Source of the DNA: Amphiscolops sp. MND2022
Taxonomy: Eukaryota
Assembly: GCA_964187785.1 (NCBI GenBank)
Contig: OZ076409.1
Location: forward strand, 42,968,001 to 43,032,000
Direction of reading: 5' to 3'
Length of the DNA: 64,000 bases
Under the pieces are notes generated by a model. It saw only the letters and a list, made by a program, of their open reading frames with translations, ran no database searches and was not told the DNA's origin. The position numbers and the translations under genes are program-made. Position 1 is the first letter of the stretch. Each line of letters starts with the position of its first letter. Below, one piece after another: positions 27,128-40,940 of this stretch.

Positions 27128-29727
27128 CGGAAGATTTTCAGAAATGATTCTAAACTAACTAAAAGTTCCGGTCTAAAGTTTTTCACGTACAACGCCACTT
27201 TTATTTCCTGTCTTGATTTCTGAAGTTTCCATACAAATCTAAATACTAAATTAAAACATTTTCGAAAATGAGATCATTTCTTTCTGCTCCACACTGAAAT
27301 GAAAACATTGAGAATAACATTTAACTCCGAGATCCCAAGGGAGTTCATACAATCTAAAATGAAAGAACATACAAAAGTATAGTGGAATTGTATTCCAGTA
27401 TTAAAATAGTTGTCAAATATCCACTCAATACCACAGTCAAGTAGTTTTAAGCAGATGTTTACAACGTTATGACAGCGTCACTCGACTAAACGAGAAACCA
27501 ATACTTCTATTTTTACGGACCAATAGGGTTGCTCCTCAGCTAAATTATTTGAGCTCAAGTCGGTAAAGCCATGCTTGGTTGCCCCTAGCAACGCCAATTG
27601 AATGAGGAAATAAGAATGAATTCGCCTACGCTCTCCGTTCTTGCTCCGCCTGCTATCGCCGCTGCCTAGCTATAACTAATCTTAATACGTACGGAACATC
27701 TACGGAGCGGATTGTAAAATTGTGTTCCGCTGTTCAGATATAGCTGATCTTAATACGTACGGAGCAATTACGGAGCAATATGAGAAGTCATGACTATAAA
27801 GCACTAAACTGAATGAGCATTTAACATTGATCATCCTTTTTCAAATCGACGCATTTAGATAATGTTTTAAGATAAAAATTTCATACAAAACGAACTGTAC
27901 TGTAAGGCAACTTGAAGTATTAACCTGAAAAACAGGTCAAGGGAAGGACACGGTTAACTTACGTTGTAATCAAATTATTTAGCAAAGATTTTCTAGTTGA
28001 AGGAGTTTCCCTACTACACAAAGTATATTTTTGAGAACGAATATGCAACGTAAGGTCAACTAATATCCGAATTATCCTATCGTGATCTTCCAAGTTTGTG
28101 TAACTACCGTAATCATGATTTACTGTTGACGCTTGATATTTATACCATTTCTACTATTTCTAAACCGTTGTTGTTTGGTGTTTGCATCCTTTTCTACTAT
28201 TTTCTAGTTAACTATTAGCCGATATTTTGTGCTATCCATGAATTTGTCAGTGACAAATGTTATATTGTACCAGCGGAATGGTTTCCGTTATAACTATTTA
28301 CCCTCCTTTGTTAATTTGTATCACTGTTGCCACAATATACCACTGTTGCTATCATAACAAGCACTCATGTGTTGATACCGCATTGGCATCGTTTGTTCCT
28401 TTTTAGCATTTAAATATTTGCCATTTCCGGATTATTTTCAGAAATGATTCTAAACTAACTAAAACCTCCGGTCTAAAGATTTCACGTACAACGCCACTTT
28501 TATTTCCGGTCTTGATTTCTGAAGTTCCCATACAAATCTAAATACTAAATTAAAACATTTTCTAAAATGAGATCATTTCTTTCTGCTACACACTGAAATG
28601 AAAACATTGAGAATAACATTTAACTCCGAGATCCCAACGGAGTTCATACAATCTAAAATGAAAGAACATACAAAAGTAAAGTGGAATTGTATTCCAGTAT
28701 TAAAATAGTTGTCAAATATCCACTCAATACCACAGTCAAGTAGTTTTAAGCAGATGTTTACAACGTTATGACAGCGTCACTCGACTAAACGAGTAACCAA
28801 TACTTCTATTTTTACGGACCAATAGCGTTGCTCCTCAGCTAAATTATTTGAGCTCAAGTCGTTAAAGCCATGCTTGGTTGCCCCTAGCAACGCCAATTGA
28901 ATGAGGAAATAAGAATGAATTCGCCTACGCTCTCTGTTCTCGCTCCGCCTGCTATCGCTGCTGCCTAGCTATGCCTAATCTTAATACGTACGGAGCATCT
29001 ACGGAGCGGATTGTAAAACTGTATTCCGCTGTTCAGCTATAGCTGATCTTAATACGTACGGAACAATTACGGAGCAATATGAGAAGTCATGATTATAAAG
29101 CACTAAATTGAATGAGCATTTAACATTGATCATCCTTTTTCGAATCGACGCATCTAGATAATGTTTTAGGATAAAAATTTCATACGAAACGAATTGTACT
29201 GTAAGGCAACTTGAAGTATTAACCTGAAAAACAGGTCAAGGGAAGGACACGGTTAACTTACGTTGTAATCAAATTATTTAGCAAAGATTTTCTAGTTGAA
29301 GGAGATTCCCTACTACACAAAGTATATTTTTGAGAACGAATATGCAACGTAAGGTCAACTCATATCCGAATTATACTATCGTGATCTTCCAAGTTTGTGT
29401 AACTACCGTAATCATGATTTACAGTTGACGCTTGATGTTTATACCATTTCTACTATTTCTAAACAGTTGTTGTTTGGTGTTTGCATCATTTTCTACTATT
29501 TTCTAGTTAACTATTAGCCGATATTTTGTGCTATCCATGAATTTGTCAGTGACAAATGTTATTTTGTACCAGCGGAATGGTTTCCGTTATAACTATATAG
29601 GTTCCTTTGTTAATTTGTATCCCTGTTGCCACGATATACCACTGTTGCTATCATAACAAGCACTCATGTGTTGATACCGCATTGGCATCGTTTGTTCTTT
29701 TCTAGCATTTAAATATTTGCCATTTCC
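27128..29727. repeat. Recent tandem duplication, two units of ~1300 bp
   Basis: 27128-28427 and 28428-29727 are nearly identical; CGGA microhomology at the junction. Confidence 0.95.
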
Positions 29728-29954
29728 GAATTTCTTTTTTCCGTTTCAGTTCCGTTGATATTCTGAGTGTCATACTTTTGCTTCGAACGTTAATTTCCTA
29801 TTTGGGAAGTGGCTAATTGTTCACGCCAGCGTGCATTCGTCGATGGAAATTTCAGCTAGACTTTTATTTTGCCGCAATTTTAAGACTCAAACAGGAAATG
29901 GATTTGCCTGAACAAAAATGATTTCAACAACTGAATAGCGACGCAACTAGGAAT

Positions 29955-30596
29955 TATGATACCTGATTTTATGATGCCGGGCTGAAATAATTTGAATCAT
30001 AAGCTTTTCTTGTTGAACAAACCCGATTTTTGTGATACCTAGGAATTTTTAGGTGAGGAACAAATGATGCCGAAAGGGTATAAATATCTAGAATTTACAT
30101 GTAAAATCAGTTAGTCTTTGTGATATTTTGCTGTTCAAACTGTTCTTTTCAAAACAGAAAATCAATATTTCTTCGAAGAATTCAATTTTGCCGAAGACCT
30201 TGAATTTTCAATCTAAAATGACAACTAGAAGTCAGAAGAGGAAAGCTGTAGCTGAATTAGTTTCTGGAGATTTTGAAGTTTTTGTAGCCGAGCACTCTCC
30301 GTCTGAAAACCTCGTAGCTAGTTCTAGCAAAGTCCCCAGAGTAGAGCCTGAGAGCATAGTTGAGATAAAAACATCTCCAAGGAAAGAAATCATGTCTGAT
30401 TTAACTAAAATACTTGCAGAAAACCAAAAGGAAATGCTTAAACTGATAGCACCTTTGAATAAAAAACAAACTGTCTGTACAAATGTTCAAGACTCTGATT
30501 CTGAGCCAGAGAACGTCTCCGTAACAAGGACGTCCACACCCGTCAAAGTTCACACTGCGACTAGCTCTGAAACAACACCGGTAAATAGTCGTAACA
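29955..30596 (+). mobile_element. Solo LTR (642 bp) containing the start of a gag-like ORF
   Basis: T(A)TGATACC...GTAACA with 5-bp TSD GGAAT on both sides. ORF from ATG 30218 (MTTRSQKRKAVAEL...TPVNSRN) runs past the LTR end. Confidence 0.85.
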
Positions 30597-32430
30597 GGAA
30601 TCTTTATAAAACCTGCAAAACTTTGCACTGCAGAATTGCCGCCAAACTTAGGATGCATCTTATAGGCAGCTTGATAAAATTAAATGAAATCAGTGAAGTT
30701 TTAATGCATGGACGTTTCTTTGTGAATTTTACAAAATCATGGAAAATTAGCTTGGTAACCTACAAAATCATGTAAAAAGTTCAAGCAGTTTCGGCTAGGG
30801 ATAGCACTGTTGCATCGCGAAAATCTTTGTCGAATTCACTTCAGAAAGCGTACAATTGGTCAACCGAAATGAAATTACCATCACTAAATTTGACAGAATT
30901 ATCGCAGCTCCGAGAAAAGAAACTTATCGCAGAAAATTGCTCCATTGTTGAAATTGCATTTGATAACTTACGCAGATAAATACTTGTCGTCCAATAAAAT
31001 ATAATTATTTCTTTCTTTTTAGGCAAAACAATATCAAAAACTTGGTTGTATAATTCGGCGTTGCTCCTTCCGGGGAGCTTCCCTCCTTCTTCGTCACAAC
31101 CAGCCGCTGAACCAGTAATCACACTTCGCTTAACGCTTGCGTTTAGGGTTCTATGGGCAAGTGAACGTAGTTAATCACGATTTTAACCAAGTAGATTTTA
31201 ACTTCGGAGAGTTTGATCTGATACTTATTTCAATCAGAACTCAGAAACTAAAGGTGCCCAAAAATTCCGAATGTGTGATAAAAGTGTGTTTCTAGCTGAA
31301 ACTAGTGAGAACAGCAAAAAGTCCATGTTTTGTGAAATAGAAATTTATCTTGGAAATGTCGAATAGCGTCAAAAGCTGGATTATGATCTGATACAGCTTT
31401 GCAACTTAGGTAAAGATATGAAATATTCAAGGAGCGACGACCGTTTAGTCGCAGTGAATGCACTTAAAGTCCTAGGTCGAACGTATAAGTTTTGTAGAGC
31501 TTTTTTTAGACTCATAAAATGATTTGAAAAATAACTGACGAGATACAAATTTAATAGCCAACTCTCATGTTTTATATGCACCAGTTAAAACTAAAAATTC
31601 AAACTGCTGGTTTTTTCTCCGTCGCTTCATTTGCATTTCACTGTTACGAAAGTAGTCCATGAAGTTTGCAAAAAGTTTTGGGGGTCAGCACTGCAGGACC
31701 AAAAACTTGAATCAACACGAGTCAAAAACTCGGTTTCTTTTATGACTGTTTCACGCTTTGCATAGCGAAGTGTTCATAGAGCTGAAACAAAATTGTTGTA
31801 GCACTAGTCAGGGGATATAAAAATCCCGGTGTTATTTAGGCTTCTTTTCACTCAAAGTTTTAAAATGTTCATTTTTCGTTATGAGTTTTGAGTTTTCCAG
31901 AAGGTTCCACCATTAAGGCTCGAAAGTTGAAGAGGAAAATTAGCAAAAGCCTGCAAATGGAAAATTCGGGTTCTTTAGAAAACACAAGTTAATTTTCGAT
32001 ATCACTCTGTAACTTCAAGTGAAAGTATTCGCATATAAAATAACATAAACTCTTATGCCTAAAACTATCGGTGACCTTTTCTTGGGCATACGAAGTTGTC
32101 GAAATGACATGTCAGTAAGTTTGAGAAAAACTGTTTGAGTTGTGGGTGTTTAGTGAGAAAGTGAATTGTTCATGATCTCATTAGCTCGATGAGATATGTC
32201 GTACGCTTGTAGCATGAGTTTTCAAGATCGGTGATGAAATTCGAACTTTTGAAATGTCTTGGATTCTCAGTGATGTAGTATGTTACATCACCGATTTTGA
32301 CAAAAATATTCACTCATAGATTATTTCAGTCTCACTTGTTGATCGAAAGGTTTGAAAACTTCCCTCTTCTCACACAGAAACTGTTGTTGCGAGCATAATC
32401 CTTCTTACAAATGATGCGTGGAAAAAGTTC

Positions 32431-32614
32431 GAGCTGAAATGAGCATACTTTGTCTTATTGACAATTTTTTCATAATTATGAAGAAAAATTGTCAATAAGA
32501 CAAAGTGCGTTCATTTCAGCTCAAATTATTTTTTATCTGCACTGAGGCTTAGATAATTTACGTCAGCTTAGTCTGGCGAAGATTATCTAAGCCTCAATGT
32601 AGACAAAAATTATT
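32431..32614 (+). other. Two adjacent long hairpins
   Basis: Stems of about 44 bp (32431-32522) and about 35-40 bp (32524-32614), with several G:U-type pairs on the plus strand. Confidence 0.8.
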
Positions 32615-34176
32615 AGTTCCTTTTGCACCTAACATGACGAAAATGTCAAATAGCCTTGAGTGGTGGCGTCGTAATTGAAAAAGAAATAACGGTATTAAAT
32701 TTTCGCCCAATTTTCATCATAGCAACCTTCAGCTAGCAAACTCGAAACCGCTTTTCAATTATTTCAAACATACATAGTCTCCATAGACTCCATAGTCTAT
32801 AATGTATGATTATGCAACGCAGTATATAATCAATTTCTGTTCTATACCGCAAATTATAATTTCATTATAATAAGTGCTAGCTAGAGGTAAACATTAACAT
32901 GAAATTCGGGCTGTTTAGATATCAAAAATTGCATGTGAAAGTTCTTCTCATTTAAGTATTGGATGCATAATTTGTACTGACAAATCGATGTATTGCTCAA
33001 ATTTCTTCTTATTATTCGTACGAAACAGACTAAAAATATATATCGGCGACGAATTACAAATTCGAGAAATACGTCCGTCCTTCAAACCATTTCGCTTTTC
33101 AGCCAATGAAAAGGCCTTCCATTTTTTAGCGAAAGAGCGTTGTTTTCATTTTCACCTCCTTCTGTTCCCGAAAAGTTACTTGCGGTTTGGTAAACATAGT
33201 TAATGAGGCAAATTTCTTTCTCAGAAGAAAGTTGCATTCAAGCGAGAAATTTATTGCGTTTATTGTGTTTTGAATAAGTCTCTGTAATACTTTGCTCATA
33301 AACTTCACTTCCCCAATTCAGCATAAATTCTTACCATTGAAAAGTGTAAATATTTGAATTTATCAAAGCCTGTCCATCTCCCATGTTGACAACGTGCGTC
33401 ATGAAATCATGAAAAGTTAAACATGTTTTCAGGGCTGTTTATACAGTTGTGACTTCTTGGACTAGTTGACAATTTTGCTTTCTTCAATCGTCTAGCTTAA
33501 ATATGATTTTATTCACTTATTCAGTGGTTACGTTATTTTCTCCTTCCTTTGAAATGGAGGCGCTGTTACTTTTTGGTTTGCGGAACCCTTGTTCTCTAAT
33601 TTAGGAAAGAAAACATTCGAATACTTTTATTCAATGAAAGTCAGATTTCTTCTTTTGACCCAAGACGCCACAAACTCTGCTCCATTTTTCTTTTCCACTC
33701 TCACAAGACAATTGCACCTCTTTCGTTTCTTTTCCACGATTCTGTTTGGCACGTGACAGTTTTGTAGCCGCCCAGCGGTGAAAAGAATAAAGTAATCAGC
33801 TTCTAACGCAGCAGCTCAATAACTTAATCAAGACCGTCGTTGCAAGTCAAAGAATCCAATTAGCACGGGAATATTGCCAATTAGCAAAGAATCATCTGCC
33901 TTTGTTAGATTTTTATTTTCTGACTAATTCTCTCTTTTATACTTTGTGTTCCCCGTCACAGCATAGATTAATTAATTATCTATGATAAACGTCTTGAGTT
34001 GTCCTTTGACTTTTTTCAGGCAAAAGGTCAAAATGTGGGTTGAACCTGAAAACCGTTACGCAATGCATCATTTCAACGTTTTAGCACTCTTTCAACACGA
34101 TCAGTATTACCAGATGATCAATCTCGATTAACCTAATTCAGTTGTTCTCGAATTCATCTGCCCAAAAACATTTCCA

Positions 34177-34554
34177 ATGGAACCCGCGACAAACGGCACA
34201 AACGACTCCTCCCATGTTGCTTGTAATTCGAAATTGAACGACCAGGAACAATTTCCTCCCGTTTTTATCTTCATTCTACACTCGACCCAAGTTTTGCTCT
34301 CACTGTCCGCAATATTCGCCAACTTTTTCGTGACTACAGTTCTCTATTTCAAAGACAAACTTTCGGCCACTGAGCTTTTAGTTTTCATTCATTCTCTACT
34401 GGACGGGTCCTATGGACTCTACCTGTTTACAGGTGCGGCCGGATCGCTTTTGAATATTTTCGACCGAATTAAGTGTTCATACCCATCATTTCTTTGTATT
34501 TATACCTACGGTTTGCATACTTTCTTCGTCTTTTCGTCACTAATTCTGGCTTTG
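34177..34554 (+). CDS. Class A (rhodopsin-like) GPCR, first coding exon (TM1-TM3)
   Basis: N-glycosylated N-terminus (NGT, NDS), TM1 ..AIFANFFV, TM2 HSLLDG, Cys at the start of TM3. Phase-0 donor GTGAGT at 34555; possible UTR acceptor TTTTTTCAG at 34019. Downstream exons not found. Confidence 0.75.
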
Positions 34555-36198
34555 GTGAGTTTCCATCAAGTCATTTTTCCACCTACGATCCACGTTCTTT
34601 TTTGCTTATAATCTCAATCGATGTGCCCCCAATTATAATAATTTTTCGACATTGAAGCAGAAAATGAAAAGTCACGCTTGGTTGCCTGAAGTTATGTTAT
34701 TTAAAAAGCTTATTAGAAAGTTTTGCGTGAACGAAAAATCAATTGATAAGCTTATAATCAATTTGAGGATTTCAAATTTTCAAGATTTGAAGGCAGTGCA
34801 AAATAATCAGCCTCCATGTTTACAAAGTGAATATGAGGCAGAAATTCAAGTTAACTTGAGGCAATTATGATGAGGAGGTATAAGCGTGACATTCAGTTCC
34901 TTAAATTTTTTCAAAGTTTTTGAATTAGGTCACAATGAACTCCAATGTAGTGTCAGTACGGTATAAGTCACTAGGACTCTTGAAAACTTCCTCATTGACC
35001 AAAATGAATATTGCCCCAAAGGCTAAACTCATTGCAATGGTAACAAGACGCCACTGAGCAGCGGGTTATTTTCCGCCCCTGAAATAAATTAGCTACGACA
35101 TTTTCTTGCGGATCGAGCGTGGGAACTTCTAAACCTTTTTTGCTTTGAAAAAAACTGAATGTTTGTTCAAATGAAGTATGTTTAGCAGGCAAACTTTTTT
35201 CGTTCATTAACTCCTTGAATGTTCATACTACAAAAACATGCGAAGATTAAGGAGAGAAGCATGAAACGTCTGCATATGAACTTTTTTCTTCCGGCTCTTG
35301 ATTAGGCTCATTTTGTGTAATATGAAAAAAATAGTCAGTTTAAGAAAATTCTCTAGAGGCAATTATTGTGCCTTCTCTCGCTGTGATTATTCATACCCAC
35401 CTAAATTTTCGAGAAATGTATGAATACTGATTACCACGGTTGGAACATGAGAAATGTTTTGTGGGTTTTGGAAGAAAAGATTCAGATTTTTCTTCTAAAA
35501 TAGAACTGGATAAGCTTTGTTCCTCATTCAGTTCGTTTGATATTGTAATCTAAGAAAAAAGTCAGATTAGAAACTCTAAATAATTGCCACTACACCTGCA
35601 AATTTATACGTTTTGGATTTTCGACGTTTTGGAGTTTTTGAATGAAACGCGATTATAATAGAGACTCTTTTTCATTCAATCCTCACGACCTGACCAAAAT
35701 AGTTCTACAGAGTTCTACAAATTTTTATGGCATCAAATTGAACTACTTGGCCTAGGGAACTGAACCAAAAAGGTTGATTTCTCCGCGTGATGAACAATAC
35801 CGGGCAAGACTAAAGGGTCCCCCACTTCAGTTTTTTCCGCATTGTGATACTTTTTTTCATTTTTTCCCAATTTCACTTTTTTTTGATGTTTAGCCACAGA
35901 ATGGTTGTTGAAAATCCGAAAGTGTTCCCCCTTTTAGCGCGACAGGCGCTCCAATTCGGTTCAACTTTTGGGTTTTTCGGGTACTGTAAAAGAATACTTG
36001 ACACTTTGAAGTCCATTTGCTATTTTTGAGCTTTAGATTTGGCGCCGATTCATGCCGTTCCCGGCTTTTATTTCTCAGAACACTGTGAGCTAATATCCAC
36101 CAAAGGTTTCTGAAAAAGGACCAAAATTGCATCGAATTGTCAAAAATTGGATTTTAAAAAATTTTGCTTTTTTTAGACGTACAGAATTCTTTTTGGTA

Positions 36199-37000
36199 TG
36201 TGGAAGTTTTAGATTTTGACGTCTACAAAAGCCCATTGCTTTTGTGCGAAGCACGTACGATCAACAAAACTAGGTTAAATACGCTTTTAAACCGTCGGAA
36301 GAGTGAAAATAGCAGAAAAGGCTGACAATAGCGTGTTTCAATAAGGCTTATTTGGCAAACTAGGTGTTTACATAGAAGAAAAAAACTTCATGGTCAAACT
36401 TACCAAGTTAGTGAGTGATGTCAGCAATGTAATTGTTCGAATCGGCTAATTCAGAGTAGACTTCGTAGAGCGAATTTTACTAAATCCCACTTTAGAGCGA
36501 AAAACTCCTGAGAAACCTTACAGGGAATCCTCACCTTGCCAAATCGAACCCCCCCAGTCAGGGTTTTCTCAAAGACTATAATTTGTAGAGACCTGAAAAT
36601 AAGCACACGTATACCTGAGCTGTTATGCTACGCGCTCAAAAAAACAGAACCAAGCCGAAACCCCCAGCCCCGGGCTATTAGCACTGGAAGTGATCTAGGT
36701 CAACCCCGCTATGAACTCGTCGGCGAAGCACGAAACAAGTTAAATAAGGTATGGAAATGATAGCCCCTAGGATATTAAGCCGTTTGCGCATATTTTCGGA
36801 ACCCCACGACGCGTGTAGGAGGAGCACGGACCCAAATCGCCACCGGTTGACCTGAAGAACAAACATGAAACTTTTCCAATATGTTCATCTACCAACCTTG
36901 AGTAAGAAACATGAAAGATACAGTAATCGACCCACCACGCGCGAAGTAATGTTTGTTTAAGGCACGCGGGTCCGGACGCACGGGCCCGACCGATGAAAGA
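36199..37000. repeat. Dispersed ~800-bp repeat, copy 1
   Basis: Direct, diverged copy at about 42910-43738 (TTTTGACGTCTACAAAAGCCCATTGC...CCGGACGCACGGG). Confidence 0.85.
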
Positions 37001-38216
37001 CATTTGATCTTGGCTTGTAATTTCTCCAACGAACAGGAATGATCAATGTAGTCGATTATTAACAAGAACGAAGCCGTATTTGTAACCCGTGCGGGGGTAA
37101 CTGCCTTAAGTAAACAAACGATACGCATAGCATGTAACTCGGGAACCATTGACCCTAGGACGGTATAACTTGGCATGTAGCAACTTTGGAGAATGACGAA
37201 TAACTTCAAGGTCACCGATGGACCTCAAGGTCATTTTCGATGCAAACCCTGAACATATAGAAAAACTTACGATAAAACTTGTGAATCAGCGTCTTTGCGA
37301 AATAATTTAAGCATTTCAGTTAGGCGAGAGGCTCCGCAGTGGATTGCGCTCATAAGGACGGAAAAGTACCCCTTACACGTAGATAGCAGGTATACCATGT
37401 AATTGAAGGTCATTGTACGATCTGCTCAATATTAGAAATACCTCGGGTATTTAGAATTTTTATTGAAAAGTGAACTTTGTACAACCATTGTTGAAGTGTT
37501 TGTCGTTGGCGGCGAAGTATGCCTGGTTGAAATAAAACTAGGTCGTTGCCATGCCATAAAAGGAATGGAGATACATGAAGTCAAAAACACGCAAATAAAA
37601 GAGCGAAGTCGAAACAACAAAAATGCGGGTGATGAACGAATATATTTGAGGCGGAATTGGAATATACCTGAACAGACAGAACCGAGTTAGAAAGCTGTGA
37701 TTAAGTTGAGTCTCGCGGAGATAATATACTTGTTCGGAATAAAAACCACGCTGATCGACAACAGAGTAAGAAAGCTAGAAGAAAGTTGAGTCTCGCGGAG
37801 ACCAGGGACACTTCTAGAAAATTACGTTGTCGCTAGCTCTGTAGATTTGCTGGCAAATCCGGGACATGTGATTTGGTTGGAGTTGGAGCTTCAACAAGGT
37901 TAAATTGCGCCTAGCGTAGCTGGCTGAGTCGGGATTTGATTGTGATCATATCTTTTTTTCACTGGGATATGAATATAGTATTTGATAAATATATTCGCCT
38001 GGATTTTTGCCATGTTATATTGCCTCATATTCAATTGAAATATTGCAAGCAGAAATCCCATGAGTTGATAGTCGTGAGCCGAACGAGCATTATCTGGAGA
38101 GAGACATTCACATTAAAAGCAAAAGTATTGGCTAACTCACTAAAACAACCTTTTTCTGCTAGGCTTCCAACAGGAGGTTAAACTCTTTCCAAGCCCCGAA
38201 TTGGATTTTCCTACTG

Positions 38217-40940
38217 TGGCGCTCCTGGGTGGGCTACCGGTTCTTTTTGATGTTACTGTGGATGTTTGTGGACTTTGTGAAAGACATCAGATTTATCAGC
38301 CCGAGAGATGGATTCCGAGGAAAGAGATCTTGAGAGGGACCAAGTGGACGTTGGAGAGTTCCCGAGTAGCAATTCCCCCAGCTGGAGAGGGTGGCAGCTG
38401 GAGTTCTTGAGCACGGCCGATCGACTGCAATGGAACTACCAGAAGTGTTGCCAGCAGATATCGGGGTCACTCAGAGGAGAGCTGTGTTTAATGCTTTTTT
38501 GGAAGCCAAGCTCTTTGTTGAAGTAGAATTGGATGAACCTAGTGTGTCGGGTCTTCTTAGCTGAACTGTGCAAGTGATTGGAGTTTGTCAGATTGAACTT
38601 TTTGAAGAACATTTTCTTCTTGAGCTTCGACAGAAAAAAAAGAAGATTGTATCGCGGACTATGCACGAAGAGTGGGTGTTTTCAAGACGCTTGCTCTGAA
38701 AAAATTCGGCGGTGAGCATTAGGCCTCCGGTTGTTTGTCAGGTTTGAACGACGAGTGCCTCCGAGATGTTGTGAAAGATCATGAGCAAATTACCCTGATT
38801 GTTCAAGAGTTGGAACGCCGAGATTGTTTGGAACGGCAGCTGAATGGGCTGTGGGCTAAAATACTTCGAGTTGGACGTCGTTACGCTGAGCCAGAGATTC
38901 AAGAAGAAAGGTTGCTGACAGACAAAAAACACTTTAGCGTTGCCCAATGTAGTGGAAGTTTTCAGACACTTAGGATATTGTCGAAAGAGAAGCAGAGGAG
39001 AAACGTTGCTGACGTGAACAGTTCCAATGCTGCCCGATGCAAGAATGAAGAAACGCAATCAGAGAGCATTGCGCACACCAACGCTGGCCGTGTGGCGAGG
39101 TCAACAACAGCATGGAGAGCCCCATGCTTTGGACGTGAAGACATTGGTGATGAGTACGATGATCTTGTTGGAGAACAAGAAAGAACTGTGTGCAAACAGC
39201 ATCGACGGAGTGAATTGTGGAGCTATTCTGGTGACGAAGAATGGTCAGATGAAGAGAACGATGAGCTCTGGAGCGAGCTGGAAAGTGACGATCACTACGA
39301 TTGTCTGTACGAGCTGCTGAAAATGGAAGCCCTTCGACAGTTTGATGAAAGCAAGAAAGCAGAACTTGCCAGCGGAAACCATGTGAGCCTTGCAGCGCCT
39401 GACAAAAAGTTACAAGTTGATACCTGTCCAAGAAATTTTGATGTGGACGCATGAAGGTGCTGAGCGTTCATCAGTACTAAATGTAAGATCTGGAGAAGCA
39501 ATTGTTCAACGTGTTTGGATAGAGTATGATGTGAGGATAAACGTTCAGATGAATCATATCAATTGGCCAGAACGTGACTTGATTGAAAGCGTAGTGGTTC
39601 GACTGAACAACGAAGCAGCAGTCTCAGATTCTGAATTATTGAGCGTAGAAAGAACAACGCTTTTCAGTGAAAGATGTTCCATCACATTGGAAGTACGAAT
39701 GGAGCTCTCGCAAAGAACTGTTGAAACGTGAGAAGTCGAAAGTGAGAAATGTCCCACGCAAGCAGTCGAATGTGATTTCAAACCCACAGAAGAGCTAGCT
39801 GATTTGGAACTAGAATGTGGGAAGCAAATCAATCAGAACTGGATGTATGTGCGAAAGGCGGAAGCAGAAATGCCGTCGCACGGAATTCAGATCTTAGTTG
39901 TTGATGGTGAACTTCAATGCGACCCGGTGCTCGAGTTGTTAGGACAGCCCCGCAGCATGTGCCAGACTACAACGCCGATATCAAGCTGACGAAAGCAAGC
40001 TGGGCGCGACTCAAGAGCAAAGTTTGGACTTCATTTCTGAGGTTCATGACTGCCTTGTGGGTTCAAGTGAACGTACTGTTTGCCAGTGAAATGTCTTGTC
40101 CGTTAAACGCTTTGCCCAGATGTTCAAACGGATGGTATCAGGTGCTTTGGCCTCCGTCTGTTAATTGGGAACGAGCTGTGTCACGGATGTGAGGATGACC
40201 GGGTGCAGCACAGGCATTGTCTTCCCGAAGCTGCTGCAAAGGCGTGAAATGGAGAGAAGGCGAGGCGCCCTACACCTTCGAACGGAGTGATCGAAGTTGG
40301 TTTCGACGAGAAGGAAATCCTGGAGTTAAGCTGATTCTCTCAGACACTGATAATTCAATTGCGAACACGAGTTTTCTCATCGTTGGCATGGGGAACAGCC
40401 ACTCAGAAGTGAATAGGAGGCGAATGTTGTTCATTAAAGTCTCGAGGATTTGTCTGATGCACTCATGCAACGAGACTGAGATAACATGGGTGCATGAACC
40501 CCGAGAAACAAGTTGTAAATCACCGGAAGACCATGCGAGAGGAAGGCAACTTAATACATGGAACTCATCGAAGAACGTTAATTTGAGAGATGAGCACAGG
40601 ACTGCGAGGGAAGTCTACGACAGAGGAAAAATGAAACTCGACGGTGGCGACACAGACCAAGTGATGTGCAAGGCGATGTCAACTCCAGAAGGGAAGTGGT
40701 TCTGTCTCCCGCGACCCGCAGGAGAGGCCTGATTCAAGACGTGTCAGTGACAGTGGACATTGCGGGGCTGGTGCGGAACAAAAGCAAAATGTGGCTGTGC
40801 CAAGCGCTGATTCTTGCAGCTGGATCAGTCACAGTAAGCACGGATGGGGAAAGCGGAGGAACATGCAGTGCAAAACTCGATGAAAAGATGACCTATTCGG
40901 TGACGACAATGCGTTCACAAGATGCCTCCCCAAAAGACTG
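38217..40940 (+). mobile_element. Degenerate LTR-element internal region (tRNA-Asn PBS, gag-like remnant, no recognisable pol)
   Basis: TGGCGCTCCTGGGTGGGCT (38217-38235) is complementary to a typical animal tRNA-Asn 3' end. It is followed by a frameshifted gag-like ..LRQKK/EDCIADYARRV..SGLNDECLR. Confidence 0.55.
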
